Part shown: piece after piece, positions 13,845 through 27,753 of the stretch
How the letters are laid out: each line of letters opens with the position of its first letter
Numbering within the stretch: position 1 is the first letter of the stretch
NCBI RefSeq assembly: GCF_963921235.1
Contig: NC_086108.1
Span: forward strand, 53,384,001 to 53,448,000
DNA from: Mobula hypostoma
Taxonomy: Eukaryota
Direction of reading: 5' to 3'
DNA: 64,000 nucleotides
The notes under the pieces: model-generated
The model's database searches: none
Told to the model about the DNA's origin: nothing
Seen by the model: only the letters and a program-made list of their open reading frames with translations
Translations under genes and position numbers: made by a program

Positions 13845-15168
13845 CACTGTTCCCTCTAAGCTGCATAGGTGTGTGGATGCTTAATACCTGAAATAGCCCT
13901 TGTTGCCATGCAGCTGGAATTTTCTTTTATATAATACTAATATAATTTTGAAATTATGCTAATCTGATTTTTAAATCTATGTAAATATAATTGTGCTACC
14001 CTGTAATTAATTATGTTAATGAGTATAATCCATAAATTTTCTAAATAATAAGCATACCACAACCTTTACTTTGAAACATGTTAGAGCTTCAACGTTTTAA
14101 CATTGTTAGTGTTTCAAGTTACAACACTATTACAAATTGACACAGTAATTTGCAACAATAAACACAGAATAGAAATTGGTTGTCAAATGTTAATAATCCA
14201 CTGGCCCACTGAACACCAACACCATCTAGTCAAAATATATCACTTTTGACGTTGTGCCTGTCAGTTGTTTTGACTCCCTGACATCATTTACTTGTGTTGT
14301 GAGTTATGAATTGTGTTTGATGTGAAAACTTACATATTCTGATTTTTTTTGGTAGGTAATCTTTCAAAGGATTATAATCTAATAAGAATATTTTAATTAA
14401 AAATTGTTAGAACAAGGTAAATTTTGTGTCTATAAAATTGTCGCATGACTGCATTCCATTCATTTAATAGGTGTGTAATCACTTGGACAGCAGATTTCCT
14501 GACAATGAGTTAACAGAATGGCAAGCCTTTGACCGTGTTGCTATTGCAAATGCAGCCACCATTTTGAATTTGGAAAAGAAACTATTGTACGACAGACAAA
14601 AAATACTCAGCTACTGTTATGAACTACAATGAAAGCAAATTTGTTTTGTCTGAGAAATTTAAGACAGGTTCAATTCAGACATTCACCGCAATGTTGAATG
14701 ATGTGCTTAGAAACAGAATTTGAAGAACTGTCAATTCTTGTTGACATCGTTGGAACATTTCAAGCTTCTTGTGCCGACTGAAAATGTGGATTCAGTATTA
14801 TGAATTCAATCAAATGTAAATTCAGAACAGACTGAAGTGGAATATTTGGAAGATCTAACGAGGATTAAGGCATATCTTTCAACTGGATGCAAAATCAATC
14901 TGGACAGTGTTTATAGACAATGGATTGTAATAAAGACAGATGAGAGAAAGTTTACGAAATGTGTAACATTGCCTTTGTTATTTTGTATTTCATTATACTC
15001 TTCACTTAATAAATAAAATGAAAAGTATGTGATTTTTCAATTTTCATTCTAAATATTCATAATATGAAAATATTTAAAGTTCTGCACAGTTTTTGGGCCA
15101 TGTAAAAATTTACTGCTCAGAGCAATGATTGGTCCATGCAGATGTAAAAATAATGACAGGGAATGTTG
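13845..15168 (+). mobile_element. Fossil hAT (Tip100-like) DNA transposon with transposase remnant
   Basis: Left end cactgttccctctaagctgc and right end agggaatgttg (imperfect TIR). ~14720-14870 translates EELSILVDIVGTFQASCAD*KCGFSIMNSIKCKFR, resembling the hAT C-terminal dimerisation domain (SA.CERGFS.MN.IK). No 8-bp TSD seen. Confidence 0.65.
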
Positions 15169-15639
15169 AAAAATCAACTTAAAAATTTGGTAGGTAGGGC
15201 CTAACAGATAAACAACAAAAAGCATGACCACAGCATACCGGTCAGCAAGCAAGTAGGATACCAGAAGTTCAGTGCAACAGTGCCCTGGGATAACAGCTAC
15301 CTTCTAAAAGCACCTCAAGTATAAGCACCATGGAAGTTATAAGTAGGCACCTGGAATGGAAAGTGAAGACACAAAAACAATATTAGTTGTACCATTGTGA
15401 AGATGTAAAGGTGTCAGGGAAAGTGCCACTAGGAAGGTTGAAAAGGGCTTCAAGTGATTAAATGAGCAAGTGCAAGAGAAACTATGAGATAAAAGCTAAG
15501 AATAAAGTGCAATAGCTGTGTGGAACAAGAGACAAATCCAATTCATGGTGAGATGGTTGAAAAGAGTAGTGAAAGTGTGAGTGTGAAGAAACAGCAGTGG
15601 TGAATGGCTTAACATGCATATAATAAACTGTAATATAGG

Positions 15640-16640
15640 ACATAGGAGCAGAATTAGACTTCCACAATCTTTTCAGCTAACTCCTTCAGAACCCTGGGGT
15701 GTAGTTCACTTGGTCCAGATGACTTAGCTACCTTAAGACTTTTCAGCTTCCTAAGCACCTTCTGAGTAATAATGATTACATTCACTTTTGCCCTCTGACA
15801 CTCTCAAATTTCTGGTATGCTACTGGTGTCTTCCACAGTGAAGCTAGACACAAAATACTTATTAATTTTGTCACTGTTTCTTTGACCCCCATCTCTACCT
15901 CTTCAGTAACTTTTTCCAGCAGTCCAATGTCCACACATGCCTCCCTTTTACTCTTTATATATCTGAAAAAAACTTTTGGTATCCTCTTTTATATTATTGG
16001 CTAGCTTATCTTCATATTTCATCTTTTCTGTTCTTATTACTTCTGTTGTTTTTTTTTACCTTAAGCTCCCTTTTTTGCTTTATCTTAAGTTTACTAATCA
16101 AATATAAGAACAGAATTGGCCCTTTTGAACAATTAAGTTTGTTCCACTATTCAATCACTTTTTATTTTTCCACCTTCTCCCCATAATCCTTAAACCTCTT
16201 ACCAATCAAGAACCTATCAATCTCTGCCTTAAATACACCCAACAACTTGGCCTCCTTAGTCCTTTGAGGCAATGGCTAATTTTCTACTCTCTGGCTGAAG
16301 GTATTCCTCCTCATCTCAGTTTTGAAAGGATTCCCCTTTATTTTGAAATTGTGCCCTTGGATCTGAGGCTCTCCTACTAATGGAAACAACCTCTCCAAGT
16401 CTACTGTATCCAGGTTTCAATTAAATAACATCCCCCACCCCTCCACCACCACCATCCTTCTGAACTCCATTTAATATAGGCCCAGAGACATAAACACTCC
16501 TCATATGTTAAACCTTTCATTCCCGGGATCATATTGTGAATATCCTCTGGATCCTCTCCAGGTTCAGCACATCCTTCCTTCCATATAACGTCCAAAATTG
16601 CTTAGAATATTCCAAGTGCTTCACCTTATAAAGCCTCAGT
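15640..16640 (-). mobile_element. Rearranged CR1 LINE fragments
   Basis: ORF 16401-16595 MIPGMKGLTYEE...LIET and a CR1-type 3' tail. Confidence 0.7.
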
Positions 16641-16984
16641 TATAACTCCCTAGCTGCCAAAAAATTATAGAGTGAAACGGAGCCTAGTAAAGAGTTTGTG
16701 AAGATATCATATTTCAACACAAGTGTTATCATGCTGACTACATTAATTTTGAGGGGAAGTAAAAAAACAAATGAGGCACAAATAGAAAGCAATATGACAA
16801 AGAAGAGAAAAGTTGGAGAGGGCCCACAGCTGAAGGATTACAGGAGCCACATAGGAAAATTTCAAAATTGGGGATTGTACAGACCTTATTTGTTGCACCC
16901 CCATTTGATTCATGGAAATCTGAATTTTAGTCCAGTTCTTGTCCTTCACATGTGGCTCAGCTACTGACAAGAGAAGGGGCAAAG

Positions 16985-17410
16985 GCAGACCACTGGTGCC
17001 TCAAAACCAGTTGCTTTGTGCAGGTGGGGCTCGTCAGCCTTGGACGGCAGCCCACTTAGAAGAAGGGAAACTCTGATTTTAAACTTCCACTGCCTTCCGG
17101 CCATACCCACCCATGGGAAAGGCTTCGGGAGTAAACCTGGAGGAAGAAATCCGGAGCCAGGGTCTCTAAGGCAGCTTTTTTGTCATCTATAATTTCACTC
17201 TGGCAACCTGTGTGATGACACTGGTGCCAAGCTGTATCAGTGCTTGCCCTTCCCTTGGACTACAACAGTGACATGGAGAGAGGGAACCTACTGCATGGGC
17301 AACAGCTGGTTCTTCAAATCTTCTTGCCCAGCCTTACGCCCTGGAGGGGACACAGTCCACCAGAGGTGTAAACCCATAATCCCCTGGGATCGACGGCTGC
17401 CTACTATGAC
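16985..17410 (+). mobile_element. Probable RTE-derived non-autonomous retroelement
   Basis: GC-rich ~420-bp insert with ggcagcccacttagaagaagggaaactctg, resembling fish RTE 5'-UTR motifs from memory; ends in a cta-type tail. Confidence 0.4.
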
Positions 17411-18890
17411 TGCTTACATGTCAGAACAGAGTAGTATGCTGGATTTGATTTAATCTATGAAATGAGACAGGCCAAGAAGACCAGAAGGGAAACATCCAGA
17501 AATAATTATCATAATATCATAAGCTTCAGGATAGCTAGGGAAAAGCTGCAAATTTCGAAGTGTGTATCTGTCACCATAGATTCATTTTCTTGTGAGCCTT
17601 CAAAGAAACACAATGAAAAGTACACACTAAGATGGACAAACAACCAATGTGCATAAGGAGAAAAAAAACAAATAATAATAATAATAATAAAATAAGTAAT
17701 AAATAATATTGAGAACATGAGTTGTAGAGTCCTTGAAAGTGAGTCCATAGTTTGGGGAACAGTTGAGTGTTGAGGTGAGTGAAGTTATCCATGTTGTTTC
17801 AGGAGCCTGATGGTTGTTTCAAAGTTTCAAAGTACATTTATTATCCAAGTATGTACACAGTACACAACCCTGAGAGTTGTCTTTCCCCAGGCAGCCAGGA
17901 AACAAAGAAAAGAATGGAATCCATTCGAAGAGAACATTAAATGCTCAACATGTAAAAATAGAACAATCATGCAAATAGCAAAAAGTGAGTAAATAACACA
18001 TAGAACATCATACAACGATGTCCTTGACACGGTCTAAGAGTATTCAGTTTAGTTCAGTTCATTCTGTTAGCACTGTGTCACTCATTGACTGCAGGCTGTA
18101 GAGCCAATGCACACTGAAGCGCCCCAATCAAATTGTGTAAAATATCAAAAAAAAATTAACCAGAACCAGAAACCCATGTATCAGGAGCCGCAGAGTCCTC
18201 CAAAAATGCGTACACAGATGGTCAAACCTTGCAGTGTGGGGCCCAAAATTCCTGCACATTTCTCTGGTAACAACAACCGAGAGGAAAAGGGACACTGGTC
18301 AAACACAGACAGATAGTGCTCTCACCATGTCGATTTCAATCTTGCTCGATGCTTTAATTGGTGAGATTGGCAAGGAGTAAAGGAGCCGATCATGGGTTCA
18401 CACTCCACTATTAGGCTGCACACTTTGCTCTCAACCTTGTTGAATTCTCCTATAAACAGCAAAAACTCCAGAACACTCAGTTGGCCCAAAAACACATCAT
18501 CAAAATGTAAATTGTAGGCTCCAATCACATGCAGTTTAGTCATGGAAGCGTATTTAAGAGGGGAAATAGTAGTTTCATGAACTGTCTGCGGCACATCAGC
18601 ATTGGTTGCTAGTGCCATCTTGAAAGCTAATTACTCACCATGGACATGCTGGTGTGGGACCTAAGGCTCCTATACCTCCTCGCAGGTAGCAGCAGCAAGA
18701 AGAAAGCACGGCCTGGATGGTGGGGATCTTTGATGAGCAATGCTGCTTTCTTGTGGCAGCACTACTTGCAGATGTGCTCAGTGGTGGGGGAGGGCTTTTC
18801 CTGTGATGGACTGGGTTGTAGTCATTACTTCTTGTCAGCTTTTTCTGTTCTTGGGCATTGGTGTTTCCATACCAAGCCATGATGCAGCCA

Positions 18891-19625
18891 TGAGGAAATC
18901 TGCAGATCCTGGAATTTCAAGCAACACACATCAAAATTGCTGGTGAATGCAGCAGGCCAGGCAGCATCTCTAGGAAGCGGTACAGTCGATGTTTCGGGCT
19001 GAGAACCTTCGTCAGGACTAATTGAAAGAAGAGCTAGTACGAGATTTGAAAGGGAGAGGGGGAGGGGGAGGGGGAGATCTGAAATGATAGGAGAAGACAG
19101 GAGGGGGAGGGATGGAGCCAGGAGCCAGACAGTTGATTGGCAAAAGGGATATGAGAGGATCTTGGGACGGGAGGCCTAGGGAGAAAGAAAGGGGGAGGGG
19201 GGAAGCCCAGAGGATGGGCAAGGGGTATAGTGAGAGGGACAGAGGGAGAAAAAGGAGAGAGAGAAAAAGAATATATATATATACACACACAAAAAACGGA
19301 TGGGGTACGCGGGGGAGGTGGGGCATTAACGGAAGTTAGAGAAGTCAATGTTCATGCTATCAGGTTGGAGGCTACCATGATCCTGTCCCATGATCCTCTC
19401 ATACCCCTTTTGCCAATCAACTGTCCAGCTCTTGGCTCCATCCCTCCCCCTCCTGTCTTCTCCTATCATTTCGGATCTCCCCCTCCCCCTCTCACTTTCA
19501 AATCTCTTACTAGCTCTTCTTTCAGTTAGTCCTGATGAAGGGTCTGGGCCCAAAACGTCGACTGTACCTCTTCCTAGAGATGCTGCCTGGTCTGCTGCGT
19601 TCACCAGCAACTTTTATGTGTATTG
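18891..19625. mobile_element. Penelope-like element insertion: inverted pair of pseudo-LTRs, each with a degenerate hammerhead motif
   Basis: Minus copy ~18895-19376 includes the PLE ORF end GSLQPDSMNIDFSNFR; the plus copy ~19378-19625 is its reverse complement. Flanks catgatgcagcca (18878-18890) / catgattcaacca (19626-19638) look like a decayed TSD. Confidence 0.8.
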
Positions 19626-19689
19626 CATGATTCAACCAGTCAGGATACACTCCACCATGCATCTATAGAAGTTTGTCAAAGTTTTAGGT

Positions 19690-20250
19690 TGTTGTGGGAT
19701 GGATGAAATCACCGGAGAGACAGAGTCACTGGTAGATACAAAGCAGCTTCTTTATTCGACACAACAAGGTACAGCAGGCATCATACGGATGGAGACGCTT
19801 TCGGTAGAAAGGTCTGCTAGCCCAATGTGGGCTCGATATTTATATGTTAAACACAAAGGTAATCGCTACTTAAAAAGTTATAGACAATGCTTCCTTTTGA
19901 AGCTACGTACGAAACATCACACCTCCTAACTTCATCCTTTCCTTTCGACGCCCACATGTCTGGGTTGGTATCCACAGCCTTTAGGAATGCAAGTTAAATC
20001 CACGATACATTTATTTGGCATTTTACGTGCTGACATAGAAGACAATAAAAATATTTATAAAGTATAGATAATACTGTCTTCGAAACTACAGCATCTGGTC
20101 AAACTACAGTGCCAGAAGCATCTGGTATTCACACCTTTTTAGGAAGCGCATTGTTGTGGACTCAATCCACAGTACTTTGTCAAATAGAAATCTGGTGACC
20201 AAAGTCACTTAAGTGTAAATGAATCATCTACCCAAAAACTCACTCTAACA
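19690..20250 (-). mobile_element. Solo LTR
   Basis: TGTTG...TAACA termini, near 4-bp TSD aggt/aggc, AATAAA on the minus strand at ~19751; interrupts the host LINE cleanly. Confidence 0.7.
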
Positions 20251-22040
20251 AGGCGAGGTGCTGAATCTATGCAAACTTCTCAGAAAGTAGAGGCACTGCC
20301 ATGCCTTCTTTATCATGGTACTTACATGCTGGCCCCAGGACAGTACTGTCTCATAGACCTCCAGTTTTCTCCTCCTGTTATCAATACTCAGCTCTCTTGT
20401 TTTGCTGACATTGAGTGAGAGGTTGTTATTGTGGAATCATTCAACTACATTTTCAGTCTCTGTCCCATATGCCAATTCATCATCAACTTTGATTCAGCCA
20501 ACAACAATGATTTTGACAGCAAACTTGGAACATGGCATTGGAGCTGTACTTAGTCTCAAAGTCATAAGTATAAAGTGAGTAGAGCAGGGCGCTAAGCACA
20601 CAGCCTTGTGGTGCACTTGTGCTGATGGTGATCGTAGAGGAGATGTTATTGTCGATCCAAACTGACTGAGGCCTGCAATTGAGGAAATCAAGGATTCAAT
20701 TCCACAAGGAGGTATTGAGGCCTAGGTCTTGGAGCTTACTGATTAGTTTTGAGGGGATGTTAGTGTTGACTGTAGTGCTGCAGTCAATGAAGAGCATCCT
20801 GACCATAACCAATTAACTCCTCAGGCGGGAGATGATTTGTTTCATGACCAACCTCTCAAAACACTTCATCACAGTGGATGTAAATGCTACTGGATGGAAG
20901 TCATTGTGGCAGGTTACCACATTCTTCTTGGGCACTGGTATGACTGCAGACTGCCTGAAGCAGCTTAGACTGCCAGTCAGAAGTTAGTTGGAGAAGGAGC
21001 CCTGTTAAACGAAGCAAATGTAATTTAAATATGTAAGGTGTTTCAGATATATTTCAGCTGTGGGAGAAGGGCTGAAAAATTAAAGCCAAAACTCCCTGGA
21101 TGACCAAAAAGGGAGAGAATGAACAGAGCAGATTTGTGAGGATACCATTTTTAACATTGTTGCGTACATAAAGTTTGCGGGAAAGTAAAAGGAAAATGAT
21201 GGCTAGATAGAAAGCAAGAGAAAAGGCAGGTGTTACCTTCATGCAATTCAAAAATAATAATTGGGAAAATGAAGAACAAAAGACTCCTACAAAGGGAGGT
21301 GGCCAATCAAACACTAAGATGAAAATCTGCTGGTGACAGAGTGGAATGATACTATTCAATCTTCACCAAGGAAGATGATGCTGTTGGAGTATCAACATGA
21401 AATTCTGGACTGGATCAATAATTGACATTTATAGCCACACTGAACGTAGATAAAACATCTGGGTCATTGGATCTAAGGTTGCTAATGGATGAAAGAAAAT
21501 TGCCAAGGCCTTGGTCATAATTTTGCATATATCTATAGTATTGGGAGAGGTGCCTAAGGACTGGAAAAGTTGCAATATTACATCTTTATAAATAAAACAG
21601 TGTAGAAATAAACTCAAATACCTACTTGGTGATAAGGAGAGTTTGAGAAACAAAATCTGGGACAGACTTAGAAGTCATGTGAACATGTATGGATCAATGA
21701 GATAGAGCCAGCATAGTGACACAAGAAACTGCAGATGCTGGACCAGCTCTGATGCAGGCTTCAACATAAAATGTTGACAATTGCTCCCAGATATGCTGCT
21801 CGAGTTCCTCCAGCAGATTGTTGCTAAAACCAGCATGGTTTTGTTTAAGGCAAGTAATCTTCAGCTGGTAGAGTTTGGAGATGAAGGAACAGAGGATTGA
21901 TGTGGTAAATATTATTGTTGTATTTTATATTGAAGTAATGTAAAATAAATGTTGTGAGGGTTGTTTTTGGTTGTAAAGAGAGATTGGAGGACCAGCTGGA
22001 GCTCTTTTACATAAACTTCGTAAGACTCAATGGGTTAAAT

Positions 22041-23607
22041 GTCATAGTCATAGTCATAGTCATAGTCATACTTTATTGATCCCGGGGGAAATTGGTTTTC
22101 GTTACAGTTGCATCATAAATAATTAAATAGTAATAAAACCATAAATAGTTAAATAGTAATATGTAAATTATGCCAGGAAATAAGTCCAGGACCAGCCTAT
22201 TGGCTCAGGGTGTCTGACCCTCCAAGGGAGGAGTTGTAAAGTTTGATGGCCACAGACAGGAATGACTTCCTATGATGCTCTGTGTTGCATCTCGGTGGAA
22301 TGAGTCTCTGGCTGAATGTACTCCTGTGCCCAACCAGTACATTATGTAGTGGATGGGAGACATTTTGTCCAAGATGGCATGCAACTTGGACAGCATCCTC
22401 TTTTCAGACACCGCCGTCAGAGAGTCCAGTTCCATCCCCACAACATCACTGGCCTTACGAATGAGTTTGTTGATTCTGTTGGTGTCTGCTACCCTCAGCC
22501 TGCTGCCCCAGCACACAACAGCAAACATGATCGCACTGGCCACCACAGACTCGTAGAACATCCTCAGCATCGTCCGGCAGATGTTAAAGGACCTTAGTCT
22601 CTCAGGAAATAGAGCCGGCTCTGACCCTTCTTGTAGACAGCCTCAATGTTCTTTGACCAGTCCAGTTTATTGTCAATTCGTGTCCCCAGGTATTTGTAAT
22701 CCTCCACCATGTCCACACTGACCCCCCGGATGGAAACAGGGGTCACCGGTACCTTAGCTCTCCTCAGGTCTACCACCAGCTCCTTAGTCTTTTTCACATT
22801 AAGCTGCAGATAATTCTGCTCACACCATGTGACAAAGTTTCCTACCGTAGCCCTGTACTCAGCCTCATCTCCCTTGCTGATGCATCCAACTATGGCAGAG
22901 TCATCCGAAAACTTCTGAAGATGACAAGACTCTGTGCAGTAGTTGAAGTCCGAGGTGTAAATGGTGAAGAGAAAGGGAGACAAGACAGTCCCCTGTGGAG
23001 CCCCAGTGCTGCTGATCACTCTGTTGGACACACAGTGTTGCAAGCACACGTACTGTGGTCTGCCAGTCAGGTAATGAAGAATCCATGACACCAGGGAAGT
23101 ATCCATCTGCATCGCTGTCAGCTTCTCCCCCAGCAGAGCAGGGCGGATGGTGTTGAACGCACTGGAGAAGTCAAAAAACATGACCCTCACAGTGCTTGCT
23201 GGCTTGTCCAGGTGGGCGTAGACACGGTTCAGCAGGTAGACGATGGCATCCTCAACTCCTAGTCGGGGCTGGTAGGTGAACTGGAGGGGATCTAAGTGTG
23301 GCCTGACCATAGGCCGGAGCAGCTCCAGAACAAGTCTCTCCAGGGTCTTCATGATGTGGGAGGTCAATGCCACCAGTCTGTAGTCATTGAGGCCGCTGGG
23401 GCGAGGCGTCTTCGGCACAGGGATGAGGCAGGACGTCTTCCATAGCACAGGAACCTTCCGGAGCCTCAGGCTCAGGTTGAAGACATGGCGACGTACTCCA
23501 CATAGCTGAGGGGCACAGGTTTTGAGCACCCTGGTACTGACACCATCCGGTCCTGCAGCCTTGCTTGGGTTGAGACATTTTAGCTGTCTTCTCACCTGTT
23601 CAGCTGT
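22041..23607 (-). mobile_element. 5'-truncated Rex1/Babar-like non-LTR retrotransposon, relatively young
   Basis: RT ORF 22594-23595 (KAAGPDG, YRLVALTS, FFDFSSAFNTI, GAPQGTVLSPFLF, KFSDD) continues after a frameshift in 22205-22570. (GTCATA)5 microsatellite tail at 22041-22070. Confidence 0.88.
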
Positions 23608-24289
23608 ACATACTGCACACTAACCATTCTGTAAATCCGTGATCATTTGCAGTTAACAAGCTTTCTCTACTCTGTCTTAACCAACATATCATGACTTATG
23701 TGGTTCAAAATTTCATGGTCTCCACTCCATCACAAACCTTTCTCTTTTCTGCAGAACAAAAATGGAAGCAGGAGAAGGTCATTCAGCTTTGTACCCACAC
23801 CATCATTAAGTAAGAATGTGGTTGATCTTTTTCCTCAGTATGATTAGTCTGCATTCAACTCCCATCCATTTTGATTTCTGCCTTAAATATACAGAGCAAC
23901 TGAGACTCTTATTTCCCCGTCGGGTTGAGAAGTCTAAGAGTTGTCTTATGAAGACATTTCTTTCCATCCTGTCCTTAATGGACACCACCTTATTTGTGAG
24001 GCTGTAATACCCCAGGCAGGGAAAGCATCAGCTTTGTATCTACTTTGTGTAGTATTATAAAGAATGTGTGTGTTTTAAAGAGATTGCCTCTCAAACTCTG
24101 CAGAGTATAGGCCCAATCTGCTTAATCATTCATAATGATAAACCCTTCATTCCAGGGGTGAGACTGGTAAACCCTCTTAGCACTCCCACAACTGTAGATA
24201 TATTCTGTAGGGAGACCTGACCTGACCTGAACACAATGTTACATTTCTGGTTTTGTCAGGGCCCTATGTGATTGGAGAAGTTTGCAAAG

Positions 24290-25090
<801 letters not shown>

Positions 25091-25829
25091 TGAATGTGGT
25101 CGCAATGAGTAACATTGTAGCTCAAAGTATAAATTAGGTGAAGAGGCAGCAAGCATATATTACGTTTAAGTCGCTGCTTTGTAATGGTCAAGTATTTAAA
25201 TTCAGAAAGTTGAGTACTTTTAGTTTTAGATAGCTGTTGAGAGTCTTTCTTGGCTTGTTTGATCTTTTTTCGTTGCTGCCCTTTAGAAGCTCGGTAACTT
25301 GTTCCTGACCGTTTGCCCTCTGACATTTTCTTATTTGTAATACGATACTGGTGAATATTCCAGCCATATAGGGTACTTGGTGTGTCTGGTAGCAATTTTA
25401 TTTTTTTTTTGGCTTGGTGTTCTTGTTAATGTATTTGTCCCCCAGTTTATCTTGTCAGGCTGCCTTTGATTTAGTAGGCCTGGTTGCTATGGTTACGGAT
25501 GGGCTGTGTTCATAGCGAGGGGAAGAGCTTCCTTATTTCACGAGGATCTAATACTGAACAGTGGTGAGCAAAACTTTTGAAAGGGGAACAACGAGTCATC
25601 TGTCAGAAACAAAAAGTCAAATGTCGTTTTAGGGCAAAGGTGAGATGAAAGATGGAGTTCAAAAATTAAAATGTGAAATTCTAACATAGGTTGAGTGCAA
25701 AAAGTGCAAAAAATTCAATACAGACTTAGCCATCATTTGGAAAACAAAATGTTTCAAAAAGAGGAAGCATAATTTCGAGTAGCTCTGAATTTTCATTTTC
25801 ATGAAGTTAATGAAATATGCTCTATAAGC

Positions 25830-27310
25830 TTGTATGCTGCCTGTGACTAGTGATGTAATGCCACGATCTGCTCTGGGACCTCTGCTGTCTGTGATATATA
25901 TAGATGACCTGGACGATATTGTAGAGTTGGATGGGTTAATAAGTTTGCAAATGAAACAAAGAGTGGACATTACAGACAGTGTAGAAGATTGCCAAAGGTT
26001 ACTACAGTGGGATACAGTTCAATTGCTGATATGGGTGGAGAAATGGCAGATGCAGTTTAATCTGGCCAGATATGAAGTATTGTACTTTGGGAGATCACAT
26101 GTAAAGAGACAGTCTACTGTTAATGGCAAGACCCTTAATAGTGTTGATGTACAAAGGAATTCTGAGGTCCAGGTCCATAGTTCCCTGAAAGTGGCTGCAC
26201 AGGTTGACAGGGTGGTAAAGAAGGCACATGGCATGCTTGCCTTTATTATTTAAGGAAAGGAGGTAGGGATTCAGGGTAAAGTGTGCGAATGGGTGCAGGA
26301 TTGGCTCAAAAACAGAAAACAAGTTATGGGGGAGAGGATCATTTCCATACCAAGATGAGTTAAAAGTGGGGTTCCGCAGGGATCAGTTTTGGGGTTGCTG
26401 CTGTTTTTAATTTACATGAATGATTTGGATAAGCACATAACAAGTAAACTAGTAAAGTTTGCAGATGACACAAAATTAGGGGATAGGTTGATAACATTCA
26501 GGCAGCAGAAGCAATACGGTTAGGTCTAAACAAAATCCAGATGTGGATAGATAAATGGCAGATGAAATTTAATCTAAGTAAATGTAAAGTATTACATACA
26601 GGAATAGAAATATTAGATATAAATATACAGTGAAGGGGTCTTGAGTTAGAAAGCACACTGTATGAGAAGGATTTGGATGTCCTGGTAGACTCATCACTAT
26701 CAACATCTAGACAATGCACAGAAGTGCATTGGACACTGATTCTGATTCTGAAGTTATTTGGAAGGCTAATAGAATGTTGGTCTATATCGTGTGCTCAGTG
26801 GAGTTACAGTCCAGAGACACTTGTTTTAAGCTGTATAATGCGCTTGTGAGGCCACACCTTGAGTACTGTGTACATATTTTGTGAGGGATGTGAAGGCACT
26901 GGAGAGAGTTCAGAGAAGGGTGACAAGACTCATTCCAGGTCTACAGGGTATGAGCTATGAAGAAAGATTGAAATAATTATATCTTTTTAGCCTACGTAGA
27001 CATAGAATGAGAGGATATATGATAGAAGTGTTCAAAATCATTAAGGTTATAAGTAAGGTGGATGCCAGATGCTAATTCAAAATTAATCCATCAACGAGGA
27101 CACGGGGCCATAGTCAGAGACTGGTTAAAGGGAGATTTCAGACTAACATCAGGGAGCATTTCTTTACGCAGCAAGTTGTGGACACGTGGAACAAACTACC
27201 TAGTTGTGTAGTTAAGATAGTTATTTCAACGCACTATATAAATAGGAATTTGGCAAACTTTGTTGATCCGAATGGCCTGATCTCGCCAAAAATTTTCTAA
27301 TGTTCTAATC
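25830..27310 (+). mobile_element. Two adjacent CR1 LINE RT fragments
   Basis: ORF 25834-26253 (SALGPLL...YIDDLD...WVEKWQMQFN). A second fragment from ~26255 has GVPQGSVLG and KFADDTK at DNA level and ends in a ttctaatgttctaat tail at ~27300. Confidence 0.8.
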
Positions 27311-27753
27311 TCCGTGTTAACTGCATGAGTTTCTCCGAGTTCTCCAGTTTCCTCCCATATACAGTGAAATAATGGGAATTTTTGATGGAATGCTTTTAGC
27401 AGCTAGTGTACACCTTGGTCTAAATAGCCTCTTTTGTCATATGAATTGTGAAATATTGCGTTTGAATATATAATAGCATACGTCTCCATACAAACTTTCA
27501 ATATACTAGAGAAGCTGGGATCCTGGGAATCTGTGCAGTGCCTTTGTTGGGAATTGTGTGCTCGCTTCAGCTGGATAGGTATTGATGTTATAAGAAGGAT
27601 AGCAATGAAAACTGGAGCTATAACCAAACTATTCACAGCATAGAAAAGCAAAAATCTTAGCATTGGCACCAAAATCAGACTATGTAATAGTTCGGTGAGC
27701 AGCCTTTTCTTATGCATCTTGATGACATTCACACAGGAATGATAAACATTTGA

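Larger units (their letters stand above)
17545..20990 (-). mobile_element. Old non-LTR retrotransposon (L2/Rex-like) hosting nested insertions
   Basis: ORF 20494-20691 carries frameshifted RT motifs (...CSKFA..IIVVG); ORF 18635-18880 has AWYGN, typical of the C-terminus. Interrupted at ~17816-18630, 18891-19625 and 19690-20250. Confidence 0.65.
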
